Origin: Christensenella sp. UBA1685
GTDB taxonomy: Bacteria; Bacillota; Clostridia; Christensenellales; CAG-138
Assembly: GCA_002320595.1 (NCBI GenBank)
Contig: DCKB01000031.1
Location: forward strand, 1,443 to 65,442
Reading direction: 5' to 3'
DNA length: 64,000 nt
Below are positions 56,112-64,000 of this stretch, piece by piece. Made by a program: the position numbers and the translations under genes. How positions within the stretch are numbered: position 1 is the stretch's first letter; the number at the start of each line of letters is the position of its first letter. The notes below the pieces were generated by a model that saw only the letters and a list, made by a program, of their open reading frames with translations, was not told the origin of the DNA and did not search any database.

Positions 56112-57557
56112 TTATTTCTCGTTTGTGCTAAGCAGTTCGGCAACGATTTCCTTTTCGTCAAAATGCCGCTTTCCGCTGCCGATCTCCTGATAGTTTTCAT
56201 GTCCCTTGCCCGCAAGGATGATAACATCCCTGGGTTGTGCATGCTCCAGCGCATAGCGGATCGCCTCATAACGGTTTTCCACCACAACGTGCGGACAGCT
56301 GGATTTGCGGACTCCCTCAAGCACGGCCTCAATAATGGCCATCGGATCCTCCGTGCGCGGGTTGTCGCTTGTGACAACGAGGAAATCCGAAAAGCGTCCG
56401 GCAATTTCACCCATGATGGGGCGCTTTGCATGGTCACGGTCTCCACCGCAGCCAAAGAGCGTTACAATGCGCCCCTCTGCAAAGCCGCGCGCCGTTTTAA
56501 GGATATTCTCCAACGCATCCGGCGTATGCGCATAGTCCAAAAGCACCGTGAAATTCCGTCCGCCCGTAGGCAGGGGTTCCAGCCTGCCTGAAACGCTGCC
56601 CATGGTTTCGATGCCGTTTTTAACGGCGGAAAGCGGGAGGCCGAGCTGAATTGCCGCAGCGACGGCGCCCATCGCGTTAAACACGCTGAACAGGCCGGGA
56701 ATCGGCACATACATCCGAATCGTTCCGAGCGGGCAATGCATGTCAAACTGCACGCCGCGGGTGGTAATATCGATCTCGCTTGCCGAAATGTCGGCCTGCT
56801 CGCGGATTCCAAAGGTTTTGCATGGGATCGTAAGCCCATTGAGAATCGTTTGCGCATGCGGGTCATCCCGGTTCACCACAGCCTGCCGCGCCTGCGCAAA
56901 AATGCGCATTTTTGCCGCAAGATAGTTTTCAAAGGTTTTATGGTAATCCAGATGATCCTGCGTCAGATTGGTGAAGACCGCTGTTTCAAATTCGATGCCG
57001 TGCACGCGGCGTTGATCCAACGAATGGGAGGATGCCTCCATCACCACAAGTTCCACGCTTTCATCCTTCATCTCGCGCAAAATGCGCTGCAAATCCACGC
57101 TTTCGGGCGTCGTGCGCTCCGTATCAACGATACGTTCGCCGATGAGGTTGCGAATCGTGCCGATGAGCCCCACCTTTAAGCCGCATTGCTCTGCAATCGC
57201 CTTGAGCATATAAGTGGTGCTGGTCTTTCCGTTGGTACCCGTCACCCCTACGATGCGCATGCCGCGCGCAGGATATCCATAAAAAGCCGCCGCCATTTCC
57301 GCCATTGCGATGCGCGTGTTTTCTACGACAACCTGAGGTACGGGCAGCGGGAGTTCATGCTCCACCACAAGCGCGGCCGCACCTGCCGCAACAGCCTGCG
57401 CGGCATAGGCGTGCCCGTCTGAAAATGTGCCTACGACACAGAAAAACAGGTCGCCTTTCCCAACCTTGCGGGAATTGTATTGCAGCGATGCAATCGGTGT
57501 GTCCTTCCCCGTGCATTTTTCATGCGCCGTTGCGCCGGCAAGTTCAGAAAGCAGCAT
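56112..57557 (-). CDS. murE: UDP-MurNAc-tripeptide synthetase (mDAP-type DNPR motif)
   Basis: GTNGKT, TTPES, DYAHTPD, DNPR and AGKGHE motifs. Confidence 0.96.
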   Translation of the reverse strand: MLLSELAGATAHEKCTGKDTPIASLQYNSRKVGKGDLFFCVVGTFSDGHAYAAQAVAAGAAALVVEHELPLPVPQVVVENTRIAMAEMAAAFYGYPARGMRIVGVTGTNGKTSTTYMLKAIAEQCGLKVGLIGTIRNLIGERIVDTERTTPESVDLQRILREMKDESVELVVMEASSHSLDQRRVHGIEFETAVFTNLTQDHLDYHKTFENYLAAKMRIFAQARQAVVNRDDPHAQTILNGLTIPCKTFGIREQADISASEIDITTRGVQFDMHCPLGTIRMYVPIPGLFSVFNAMGAVAAAIQLGLPLSAVKNGIETMGSVSGRLEPLPTGGRNFTVLLDYAHTPDALENILKTARGFAEGRIVTLFGCGGDRDHAKRPIMGEIAGRFSDFLVVTSDNPRTEDPMAIIEAVLEGVRKSSCPHVVVENRYEAIRYALEHAQPRDVIILAGKGHENYQEIGSGKRHFDEKEIVAELLSTNEK

Positions 57558-57620
57558 TCTTATTCCCCATTTCCTTTCAGTCCCACTCTATCCCCTTTGC
57601 GCCGTATTCGCCGGCGCGCA

Positions 57621-59762
57621 TTATCCGTCTCCGATGTTGGTGCTGGAAAATTCCACAAGCACCTCTGTGCCGGCCGGAACGCTCTCTCCGGCCATCGGGG
57701 ACTGGCGGATGGCCTTTCCCGTCTGGTTTTCCGGATAAATCAAAATTTTAAGCCCATTTGCTTTCAGCGTATCGCTTGCTTTAAGGCGCGTCATGCCCGA
57801 CACATCCGGCACGGTAACCAACTCCGGTTCGTCTTCTCCTTCAGTGCTGTATTCCGCGCTCGTGTCCGCTGTGTAAAGCAGTACGCCCGAGCCTTTCACA
57901 GCCGCTTGCCCCGCCACAGGGATCTGCGCGGTAACAAGTTCCGCACTGTCATCCTGATATGTCGCGGTAAGGCCGATGTCCTTGAGTGCCTCTGCGGCCT
58001 CCGCGATGGTCATTCCCGCAAGCGGGGGAACCGCCACGGATTCTTCGCTTCCCTCGGGAAGGTATCCCGCATGGCGCAGCGTTTCCTCCAGCATTTGTTT
58101 CACAAACGGCGCTGCAACCGTGCTTCCGAAAACTGTGCCGACCTGCGGTTCATCCACCAGGATAAGGCACACGAATTCCGGGTCATCCGCCGGAGCAAAG
58201 CCGATGAACGAAGCGATCAGCTTGCCGTCGGCAATTTTGCCGCCCTCATACTTCTGCGCCGTTCCCGTTTTGCCGCCGATGCGGTAACCGGCAACCGCAG
58301 CGTTGCGGCCGCTTCCGCTCGTGACAACGCTTTCCGCAATCTCACGCACCAGCTGAGAGGTTTCCTCTCGGATGACGCGCCGCACGGTCGTAGGCTCGTT
58401 CTGGAGGATCACCGTGCCGTCATTTGCAACGATCCGGTTCAGCACATAAGGCTGCATCAGGTTGCCGCCGTTCACCACCGCAGATACAGCCGTAACAAGC
58501 TGCAATGGCGTCATGGCGATGCTCTGGCCGAATCCGATGCGCGCGAGCGTGTTTTCAGTAATGTATTTCTGATGCGTCACGATGCCGCTCGCTTCACCCG
58601 TGATGCCGCTCCCCGTGGAGGCGCCAAAGCCAAACGCGTAGATGTATTCATAAAAGGTTTCCACGCCCATGGCCTGAGCCATCGCCATAAAGGCGGGGTT
58701 GCAGGAATTCTGCACCACCTGAAACAGGGTTTGCTGGCCATGGCCGCCAGACTTCCAACAGCGTATTTTCTCGCCGTTGACGATGTGGTATCCCGGGCAA
58801 TAAATGCCGAAGCTTTCGTCGATGGCGTGGCTGTCAAGCGCCGAAGCAAGCGTGATAAGCTTGAATGTGGAGCCCGGCTCATACGCATCGGCCACAACGC
58901 GGTTTCGCGTGACCGAAGCGAGAAGCTCCGCGTCTTTGCGGGGCGGGTCGTTCGGATCATAATCCGGCTGCGTGGTAATTGCGAGGATCGCGCCGGTCTT
59001 GCAATTCATCAGGATGCCCTGCGCCGTCGCTGCGTTATTGACCTCAAGAGCCTCCTTGCACGCCTTCTCAAGCGACGATTGGTAGACGCTGTCCACCGTC
59101 AAAACGAGGTTGTACCCATCCACCGGTTCGATGATTTCCTGCACGCCGTAGGCGAGCGCGTTGCCCTTGCGGTCGGTCTCCGTAATCATGCGTCCGTCCT
59201 CGCCGGCAAGGTATTTGTCATATTTCTGCTCGAGCCCCGATTGTCCCACGCCATCCACGGTCGTGAAGCCCAACAGTTGGGAAAACAGGGTGCCCGAAGG
59301 ATAATACCGCTTTGTGTCAATCGCAGTGCCAACGCCCATGCCGAGCTTACGGGCTGCGATCTGGTCGATCACCTCGCGCTCCACGCGGCGGGCGAGGATA
59401 ATCTCCTGCTTCTTTGTGTCGCTGACTTTGGCGAGCACGGTTTCGTATTCCAGCCCCAGAAGTTCCGCAAGCTCCGTTGCTACGCGCGTGCGCTCCACTG
59501 CGTCAATGCTGTTCGGCCAAATCACGACCTTGTAAGCCGTACCGCTCTGGGCAAGCACCACGCCTGTCGTATCCAGAATACTGCCGCGCGCCGCAGACAG
59601 GGAAGTGTCGCGCGTCCACTGCGAAAGCGCCCGCTCCTGCAATTCATCGCTTTGAACGACTTGAATATAGAACAGCCGGCCGATGAGCACCACGAATACC
59701 GTGGCGATTACGACCAGGGCCGCAAGCAGTCTTTTCTTGTAAGAAACGCCGGGTGCTCCCAT
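57621..59762 (-). CDS. spoVD: Class B PBP with two PASTA domains (SpoVD/FtsI-like)
   Basis: EPGSTFK (SxxK), SCN (SxN) and KTGTAQ motifs. Confidence 0.9.
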   Translation of the reverse strand: MGAPGVSYKKRLLAALVVIATVFVVLIGRLFYIQVVQSDELQERALSQWTRDTSLSAARGSILDTTGVVLAQSGTAYKVVIWPNSIDAVERTRVATELAELLGLEYETVLAKVSDTKKQEIILARRVEREVIDQIAARKLGMGVGTAIDTKRYYPSGTLFSQLLGFTTVDGVGQSGLEQKYDKYLAGEDGRMITETDRKGNALAYGVQEIIEPVDGYNLVLTVDSVYQSSLEKACKEALEVNNAATAQGILMNCKTGAILAITTQPDYDPNDPPRKDAELLASVTRNRVVADAYEPGSTFKLITLASALDSHAIDESFGIYCPGYHIVNGEKIRCWKSGGHGQQTLFQVVQNSCNPAFMAMAQAMGVETFYEYIYAFGFGASTGSGITGEASGIVTHQKYITENTLARIGFGQSIAMTPLQLVTAVSAVVNGGNLMQPYVLNRIVANDGTVILQNEPTTVRRVIREETSQLVREIAESVVTSGSGRNAAVAGYRIGGKTGTAQKYEGGKIADGKLIASFIGFAPADDPEFVCLILVDEPQVGTVFGSTVAAPFVKQMLEETLRHAGYLPEGSEESVAVPPLAGMTIAEAAEALKDIGLTATYQDDSAELVTAQIPVAGQAAVKGSGVLLYTADTSAEYSTEGEDEPELVTVPDVSGMTRLKASDTLKANGLKILIYPENQTGKAIRQSPMAGESVPAGTEVLVEFSSTNIGDG

Positions 59763-59790
59763 GTGTTTTCCTCCAAAGGGCGAGAGCACC

Positions 59791-60381
59791 TCAGTCCGTA
59801 TTCATGTCCCCATCCGGATTTGTGCTCGCGTCCTGATTTTGGTTGGGTTCCCCATCCGTACCGCCATCATTTTTCTGATAGTTGCCAACCGTTTCACGCA
59901 CACGCACAATCTGCTCTGCCGTGGGATATCCCAACCCGGCCGCAAGCGCCGCTTCGCGCGCCGCGTCAATGTTCAGCGCGTTGTTCAGCTGTACGTTGAG
60001 CGCCGCAATGTTGCGCTCGCTTTCAGCGATCCCATCCTTCAAATCGTTCACGGCGGAATAGGCCAGCGCGATGGCGGAATAGCGCACGATCACGCCGATG
60101 AGAACTGCGGCAATCAGAAATATGCACGCTACGCTTGCCACTTTAGGCAAAACGCGCTGCTTGCGGCGCTGCCGGGGCGAGGGGCCTTTCTGTACGCGTG
60201 TTTTTACCGCAGGCTTCCTAGTTCGCGTGCATGGTTCAGCCTCCGTGCTTCCGGGCTCTTCAGGCCGGGGCGCCCGCTGCGGCATTTCGTTCGGCAGAGC
60301 CTCTGCCGTTGCCGCACGGCTGTGCGAATACACCCGCGAGGGCGCGTACACGTATTCGTCTTTTCTTGCCGCTACTGCCAT
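59791..60381 (-). CDS. ftsL: FtsL-like cell division protein
   Basis: Single TM plus coiled coil, located between rsmH and the PBP. Confidence 0.65.
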   Translation of the reverse strand: MAVAARKDEYVYAPSRVYSHSRAATAEALPNEMPQRAPRPEEPGSTEAEPCTRTRKPAVKTRVQKGPSPRQRRKQRVLPKVASVACIFLIAAVLIGVIVRYSAIALAYSAVNDLKDGIAESERNIAALNVQLNNALNIDAAREAALAAGLGYPTAEQIVRVRETVGNYQKNDGGTDGEPNQNQDASTNPDGDMNTD

Positions 60382-60402
60382 GGTATTCGTTTCCGCCTTA
60401 AC

Positions 60403-61341
60403 TTATAACTTTTGTATGGCGCGCAGCTTTGCGCTGCGTGCGCGTGGATTTTCTTTGAGCTCCGCTTCTCCCGCCACAATGGGCTTTTTTGTGAGCATCC
60501 GTGCCGTTGGCTTTTTGCCGCAGGTGCATATCGGGGCGCGCGGATCGCAGGTGCAAGGGTTCTCAAACGTTTTAAACGCCTGTTTGACGATGCGGTCCTC
60601 CAGAGAATGAAAGGTGATCACCGCGAGCACACCGCCGCTTCTCAGCAGGTCGTGCGCATCGGTCAGCGCATCCGAAAGGCCCGCAAGTTCACCGTTCACC
60701 TCGATGCGCAGCGCCTGAAACGTGCGTCGCGCCGGGTGCTGTTGTTCACGCCGCGCCGGAGCGGGCATTGCGCGTTTCACGATGTCCGCAAGGCCCACGG
60801 TGCTGTCCAGCGGCGCTTTTTCGCGTTCCCGCACGATGGCGTTCGCCACGCGCATGGCATATCGTTCCTCGCCATACTCCCGGATAATCCGCGCAAGCGC
60901 TTCCGCCGGGTAACCGTTCACCACATCATAGGCAGAAAGTGGTGCGGAGGGATCCATCCGCATATCGAGCGGCGCGTCCTCATGGTAAGAAAAACCGCGT
61001 TCCGGGGTGTCAAGCTGATGGGAGGATACGCCAAGATCCAATAAAATCCCATCTGCTTCCATGACGCCCTGCCCTGCAAGCAGGCGCTTCATATCAAAAA
61101 AATTGCCGCGGATGGCCGTGAACGCTTCTCCAAAGCGGGTGAGCCGCAGGGAAGCCGCTTCAATCGCCGCGCTGTCGCGGTCGATCCCATAGAGCCTGCC
61201 GCCTTCGGGCAACCGTTCCAAAACAGCTTCAGCATGGCCGCCGCCGCCGAGCGTTCCATCCACAAATGTGCCGCCGCGCTGTGGAGCAAGCAGGCTGACG
61301 ACTGTGTCCCGCACGATCGGAATGTGATGGAACCCGCTCAT
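60403..61341 (-). CDS. rsmH: 16S rRNA m4C1402 methyltransferase
   Basis: DGTLGGGGH, DLGVSSHQLD, FQALRIEVN, FHSLEDR and RSAKLR motifs. Confidence 0.97.
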   Translation of the reverse strand: MSGFHHIPIVRDTVVSLLAPQRGGTFVDGTLGGGGHAEAVLERLPEGGRLYGIDRDSAAIEAASLRLTRFGEAFTAIRGNFFDMKRLLAGQGVMEADGILLDLGVSSHQLDTPERGFSYHEDAPLDMRMDPSAPLSAYDVVNGYPAEALARIIREYGEERYAMRVANAIVREREKAPLDSTVGLADIVKRAMPAPARREQQHPARRTFQALRIEVNGELAGLSDALTDAHDLLRSGGVLAVITFHSLEDRIVKQAFKTFENPCTCDPRAPICTCGKKPTARMLTKKPIVAGEAELKENPRARSAKLRAIQKL

Positions 61342-61784
61342 ATGCCAAGCCCCGCAAGGTAAGCGAGCGCATCGTCCTCATCGTCCTCGCTTGCTTCCAG
61401 TTGGTTCGCCCACATATCTCCGCTCCAGATTTCGATGCGGTTTCCCATGCCGACGAGCACCGCGTCTTTGTCGATGCCCGCATACTTGCGCAGCGTGCTG
61501 GAGATGAGGATGCGTCCCTGCTTGTCCAGCTCGCAATCGCAAGCGTTGGCAAACGTCATGCGCAGGGCGTTCTGCGCCTTGACATCGGTCATTGCAATTT
61601 TATTGTAGCGCTCAAGAAGCATGTCCCATGTTGTGAGCGACATGCCGAAAAGGCACCGCCGATCGCTCTTCCCCAGCATGCCCCGGGTTATGATGATGGT
61701 GCTTCCCAAATCCTCGCGCCACTTAGCCGGAATAAAAAGCCGGCCCTTGGCGTCCACGTTATGCTCAAACGAGTTGATCAGCAT
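61338..61784 (-). CDS. mraZ: Division/cell-wall cluster repressor MraZ
   Basis: DAKGR and DKQGR motifs, plus IEIW. Confidence 0.95.
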   Translation of the reverse strand: MLINSFEHNVDAKGRLFIPAKWREDLGSTIIITRGMLGKSDRRCLFGMSLTTWDMLLERYNKIAMTDVKAQNALRMTFANACDCELDKQGRILISSTLRKYAGIDKDAVLVGMGNRIEIWSGDMWANQLEASEDDEDDALAYLAGLGI

Positions 61785-61843
61785 CGCGTACGCCTCCTTC
61801 AGTTCTGCGAATCTGCATATGCATACACCTTCGCATCATCTGA

Positions 61844-61879
61844 CCCCATTATACACCACTTCGCTACACTTGTCACCAC
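61844..61879 (-). promoter_or_regulatory. MraZ-binding repeats overlapping the -10 box
   Basis: Minus strand GTGGTG-acaa-GTGTAG-cgaa-GTGGTG-tata-ATGGGG, a 10-nt periodicity matching the GTGG(A/T)G MraZ repeats of Firmicutes. Confidence 0.8.
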
Positions 61880-62074
61880 CTTAATTCATTTTTGCGCCCG
61901 TTTTCATGGGAAAATGCCTTCGTATTCACGTTGCGTTTTTTCCCCGCCGCGCAAAATCCAGCTATTTTTCCGCAGAAAGTCCGTCGATTATACAGCAAAA
62001 GGCCCTCGTAACGAGGACCTTTCTTAAAATGCTGCATTTTCTGATCTTCTTTTGTCTAATCCGTTTTGCCGGTT

Positions 62075-62767
62075 TCAAACCGCAACGATAAGCTTGGGTT
62101 TGAATTCCAAATGATCCGCGGAGCAAAGCGTGTATTGTATGCCATTGCGCTCGCCTTCAAACGCATTCCGGCAAGCCTTGCCGTGTAAGTGGCCATATGC
62201 CACATGCTTTGCGCCGTGTTGCTCAAACAGCTCCGTAAACCCGGAAGGCTGCCTCCGCTCATTAAACGGCGGATAGTGCATCATGCAAAGCAGAAGTTTG
62301 TCCTTCGGCGCGCCGGAAAGAGAAAGCCCCATGCGGATGACCTCGCGGTCATAAATCGGGCGGTCTGCGGCCTCATCGAACCCAACGCTGCCCGGGCACG
62401 TCCATCCGCGCGACCCCGCGATGGCAACGTCGCCGAAAACGAACGCATCGTTCTGCAGCGCGTACATCCCTTCCGGCAGAGCCCCGCGCACCTTCGCAAG
62501 CGAGTTCCACCAATAATCGTGGTTGCCGCGCAAAATCAGCTTTTTCCCCGGGAAGGACGCAATCGTACAAAGATCCGTTTTCGCTTCCGCAAGGTGCATC
62601 GCCCAACTGACGTCCCCCGGAATCAGCACCAAATCCTCTTCCCCCACCGTTTCCAGCCATGCTTCGCGGATGCGCGCAAGGTGGTTGTCCCATGTGGGGC
62701 CAAACACATCCATAGGCTTGTTAACGCTGCCGGAAAGGTGCAGGTCCGCCAGTGCAAATACCCTCAT
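62075..62767 (-). CDS. Metallophosphoesterase
   Basis: ADLH, GDVSW, GNHD, HYPP and GHLH motifs. Confidence 0.9.
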   Translation of the reverse strand: MRVFALADLHLSGSVNKPMDVFGPTWDNHLARIREAWLETVGEEDLVLIPGDVSWAMHLAEAKTDLCTIASFPGKKLILRGNHDYWWNSLAKVRGALPEGMYALQNDAFVFGDVAIAGSRGWTCPGSVGFDEAADRPIYDREVIRMGLSLSGAPKDKLLLCMMHYPPFNERRQPSGFTELFEQHGAKHVAYGHLHGKACRNAFEGERNGIQYTLCSADHLEFKPKLIVAV

Positions 62768-62782
62768 TCCGCTCAAAACGAT

Positions 62783-63181
62783 TTAATCGTCTTCCGGCTT
62801 TTCGTCATCGGAAAGATCGTCGGCGTCTTCTTCGCCGAGTTCCTTGTCGATTTCGTCCAGCTCGCTTTCAGGAATCTCTCCATCGGCAGGCAGAGGCACC
62901 TCGATTTCATCAAGCGCAACGCTCGTCAGCGAAAGATCGCCGCGCTCATGCATATCGTCGGACAGGTTGGAAAGCTTCTCCTGCCGCCGCGCCTCCCTAA
63001 GGCAAATTGCGCAGAGGTCGGAACCCTTCACAACCGGGTTTTCTCCGCACTCAATGCAAAGCACAACGCCGTCTTCAACATCCGGCTCACCCTTCATTTC
63101 TCTTTTGCAAACGTTGCAGTATTTTTCATCGTCGCGGATATAATTCAGTTCGCAGCGGGGACATTTTCTAAGGCCCATCAC
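62783..63181 (-). CDS. Hypothetical double zinc-ribbon protein with acidic tail
   Basis: CPRC..CNVC..CIEC..CAIC plus an Asp/Glu-rich C-terminus. Confidence 0.75.
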   Translation of the reverse strand: MMGLRKCPRCELNYIRDDEKYCNVCKREMKGEPDVEDGVVLCIECGENPVVKGSDLCAICLREARRQEKLSNLSDDMHERGDLSLTSVALDEIEVPLPADGEIPESELDEIDKELGEEDADDLSDDEKPEDD

Positions 63182-63325
63182 GGTACCCTCCGGCAGATTG
63201 ATTTTTCACTCCACTATTATGCGAAAGGCACTTTTATATGTCAATACCTATTTTCATAAACGCGGCAAAACGATGAAAAAAGAGGCCCGGCACAGGCTGC
63301 TCAGGCCTCTTTCCTCCATGTTTCG

Positions 63326-63925
63326 TCACATACCGGGCATGGCGTCCGCAAGAATCGCGCCGATACGCGCGCACACCTCCGCCCGTCCTTCCGCGGTTTC
63401 CGCGGAATATGGGATCGCATAGGGCGGCGCCCCGAGAAGCTTTGCCGCCGCGTTTGCAGCCTGCTGCCGTTTTGAGCGGGCAAGTTTATCCGCTTTGGTG
63501 GCAATAAGGGTAAACGGCACGCCGTAATACAAAATCCACTCGAACATCTGCTTATCCTCCGCCGTGGGTGCGTGCCGGATGTCGATAAGCATGAAAATGT
63601 GCGTCAGCAGCCCGGAGGAAAGGTATGCTTCCATCAGCCTGCCCCACTTCTCCTGTTCCACCTTCGGCGCCTTCGCGAAGCCGTAGCCGGGAAGGTCCAC
63701 AAGATGGAACGCATCGTTAACGCGAAAGAAATTGATCAGCCGCGTTTTTCCCGGGCTTGACGAGATACGCGCCAGCTTGAAGTTGTTGCACAGCGAATTG
63801 ATGAGGCTGGATTTTCCGACATTGGATTTCCCCACCATAGCAATCTGCACGCCGCCTTCAGGATATGTGCCGCCGAGCCCTACGCTCGTTTCAAACACGG
63901 CTTTTTTGATCGTGAATTCTTCCAT
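63326..63925 (-). CDS. engB: Ribosome biogenesis GTPase YihA/YsxC
   Basis: GKSNVGKSS, PGKT, DLPGYG and TKADK motifs. Confidence 0.95.
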   Translation of the reverse strand: MEEFTIKKAVFETSVGLGGTYPEGGVQIAMVGKSNVGKSSLINSLCNNFKLARISSSPGKTRLINFFRVNDAFHLVDLPGYGFAKAPKVEQEKWGRLMEAYLSSGLLTHIFMLIDIRHAPTAEDKQMFEWILYYGVPFTLIATKADKLARSKRQQAANAAAKLLGAPPYAIPYSAETAEGRAEVCARIGAILADAMPGM

Positions 63926-64000
63926 ATGCCCCCTCAGTCCATCCATTGCCGTTGCATGGGTTATTGGATTGCTCCCGGCCGGCCATGGGAGGGTACATGC

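Noticed and set aside
63926-64000. Possible 3' end of an upstream gene (lon often precedes engB)
   Set aside because: Too little sequence is present to assign a frame or product.

Overview
64 kb of chromosome from a GC-rich, spore-forming Clostridia-type Firmicute (spoVT, spoVD/spoVE-type dcw cluster, yabM-yabN-hup). Most of it is housekeeping: a GGDEF protein, punA-mtnA, aroF-tyrA-pheA, an ECF sigma factor with an RsgI/PepSY anti-sigma, GH36, a malQ-glgP fusion, iorAB, MFS and ABC transporters, xth, a SpoIID-SH3 protein, mraZ..ftsZ and engB. No rRNA, tRNA, CRISPR, transposase or recombinase gene was seen. Four things stand out. (1) Between the convergent DUF4438 gene and xth lies a tandem pair of cassettes (34002-35150 and 35151-36649). 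Each carries a DUF4438 3' end, cargo gene(s) and an xth 3' end, and they meet at a GGC(C/G)CGGGC core inside a dyad-symmetric junction. The spare gene tails differ almost only at synonymous sites, which suggests capture of alternative alleles of the interval through a circular intermediate. (2) A Tyr/Phe-rich leader peptide with terminator/antiterminator pairings precedes aroF-tyrA-pheA. (3) The DAHP synthase homologue in that operon has lost 3 of 4 metal ligands and the KPR lysine while staying full length. (4) Two related ~200-240 bp MITE-like elements are present, and one has duplicated the entire hup terminator (26 bp). All product calls come from motif recognition by eye; no database searches were run.
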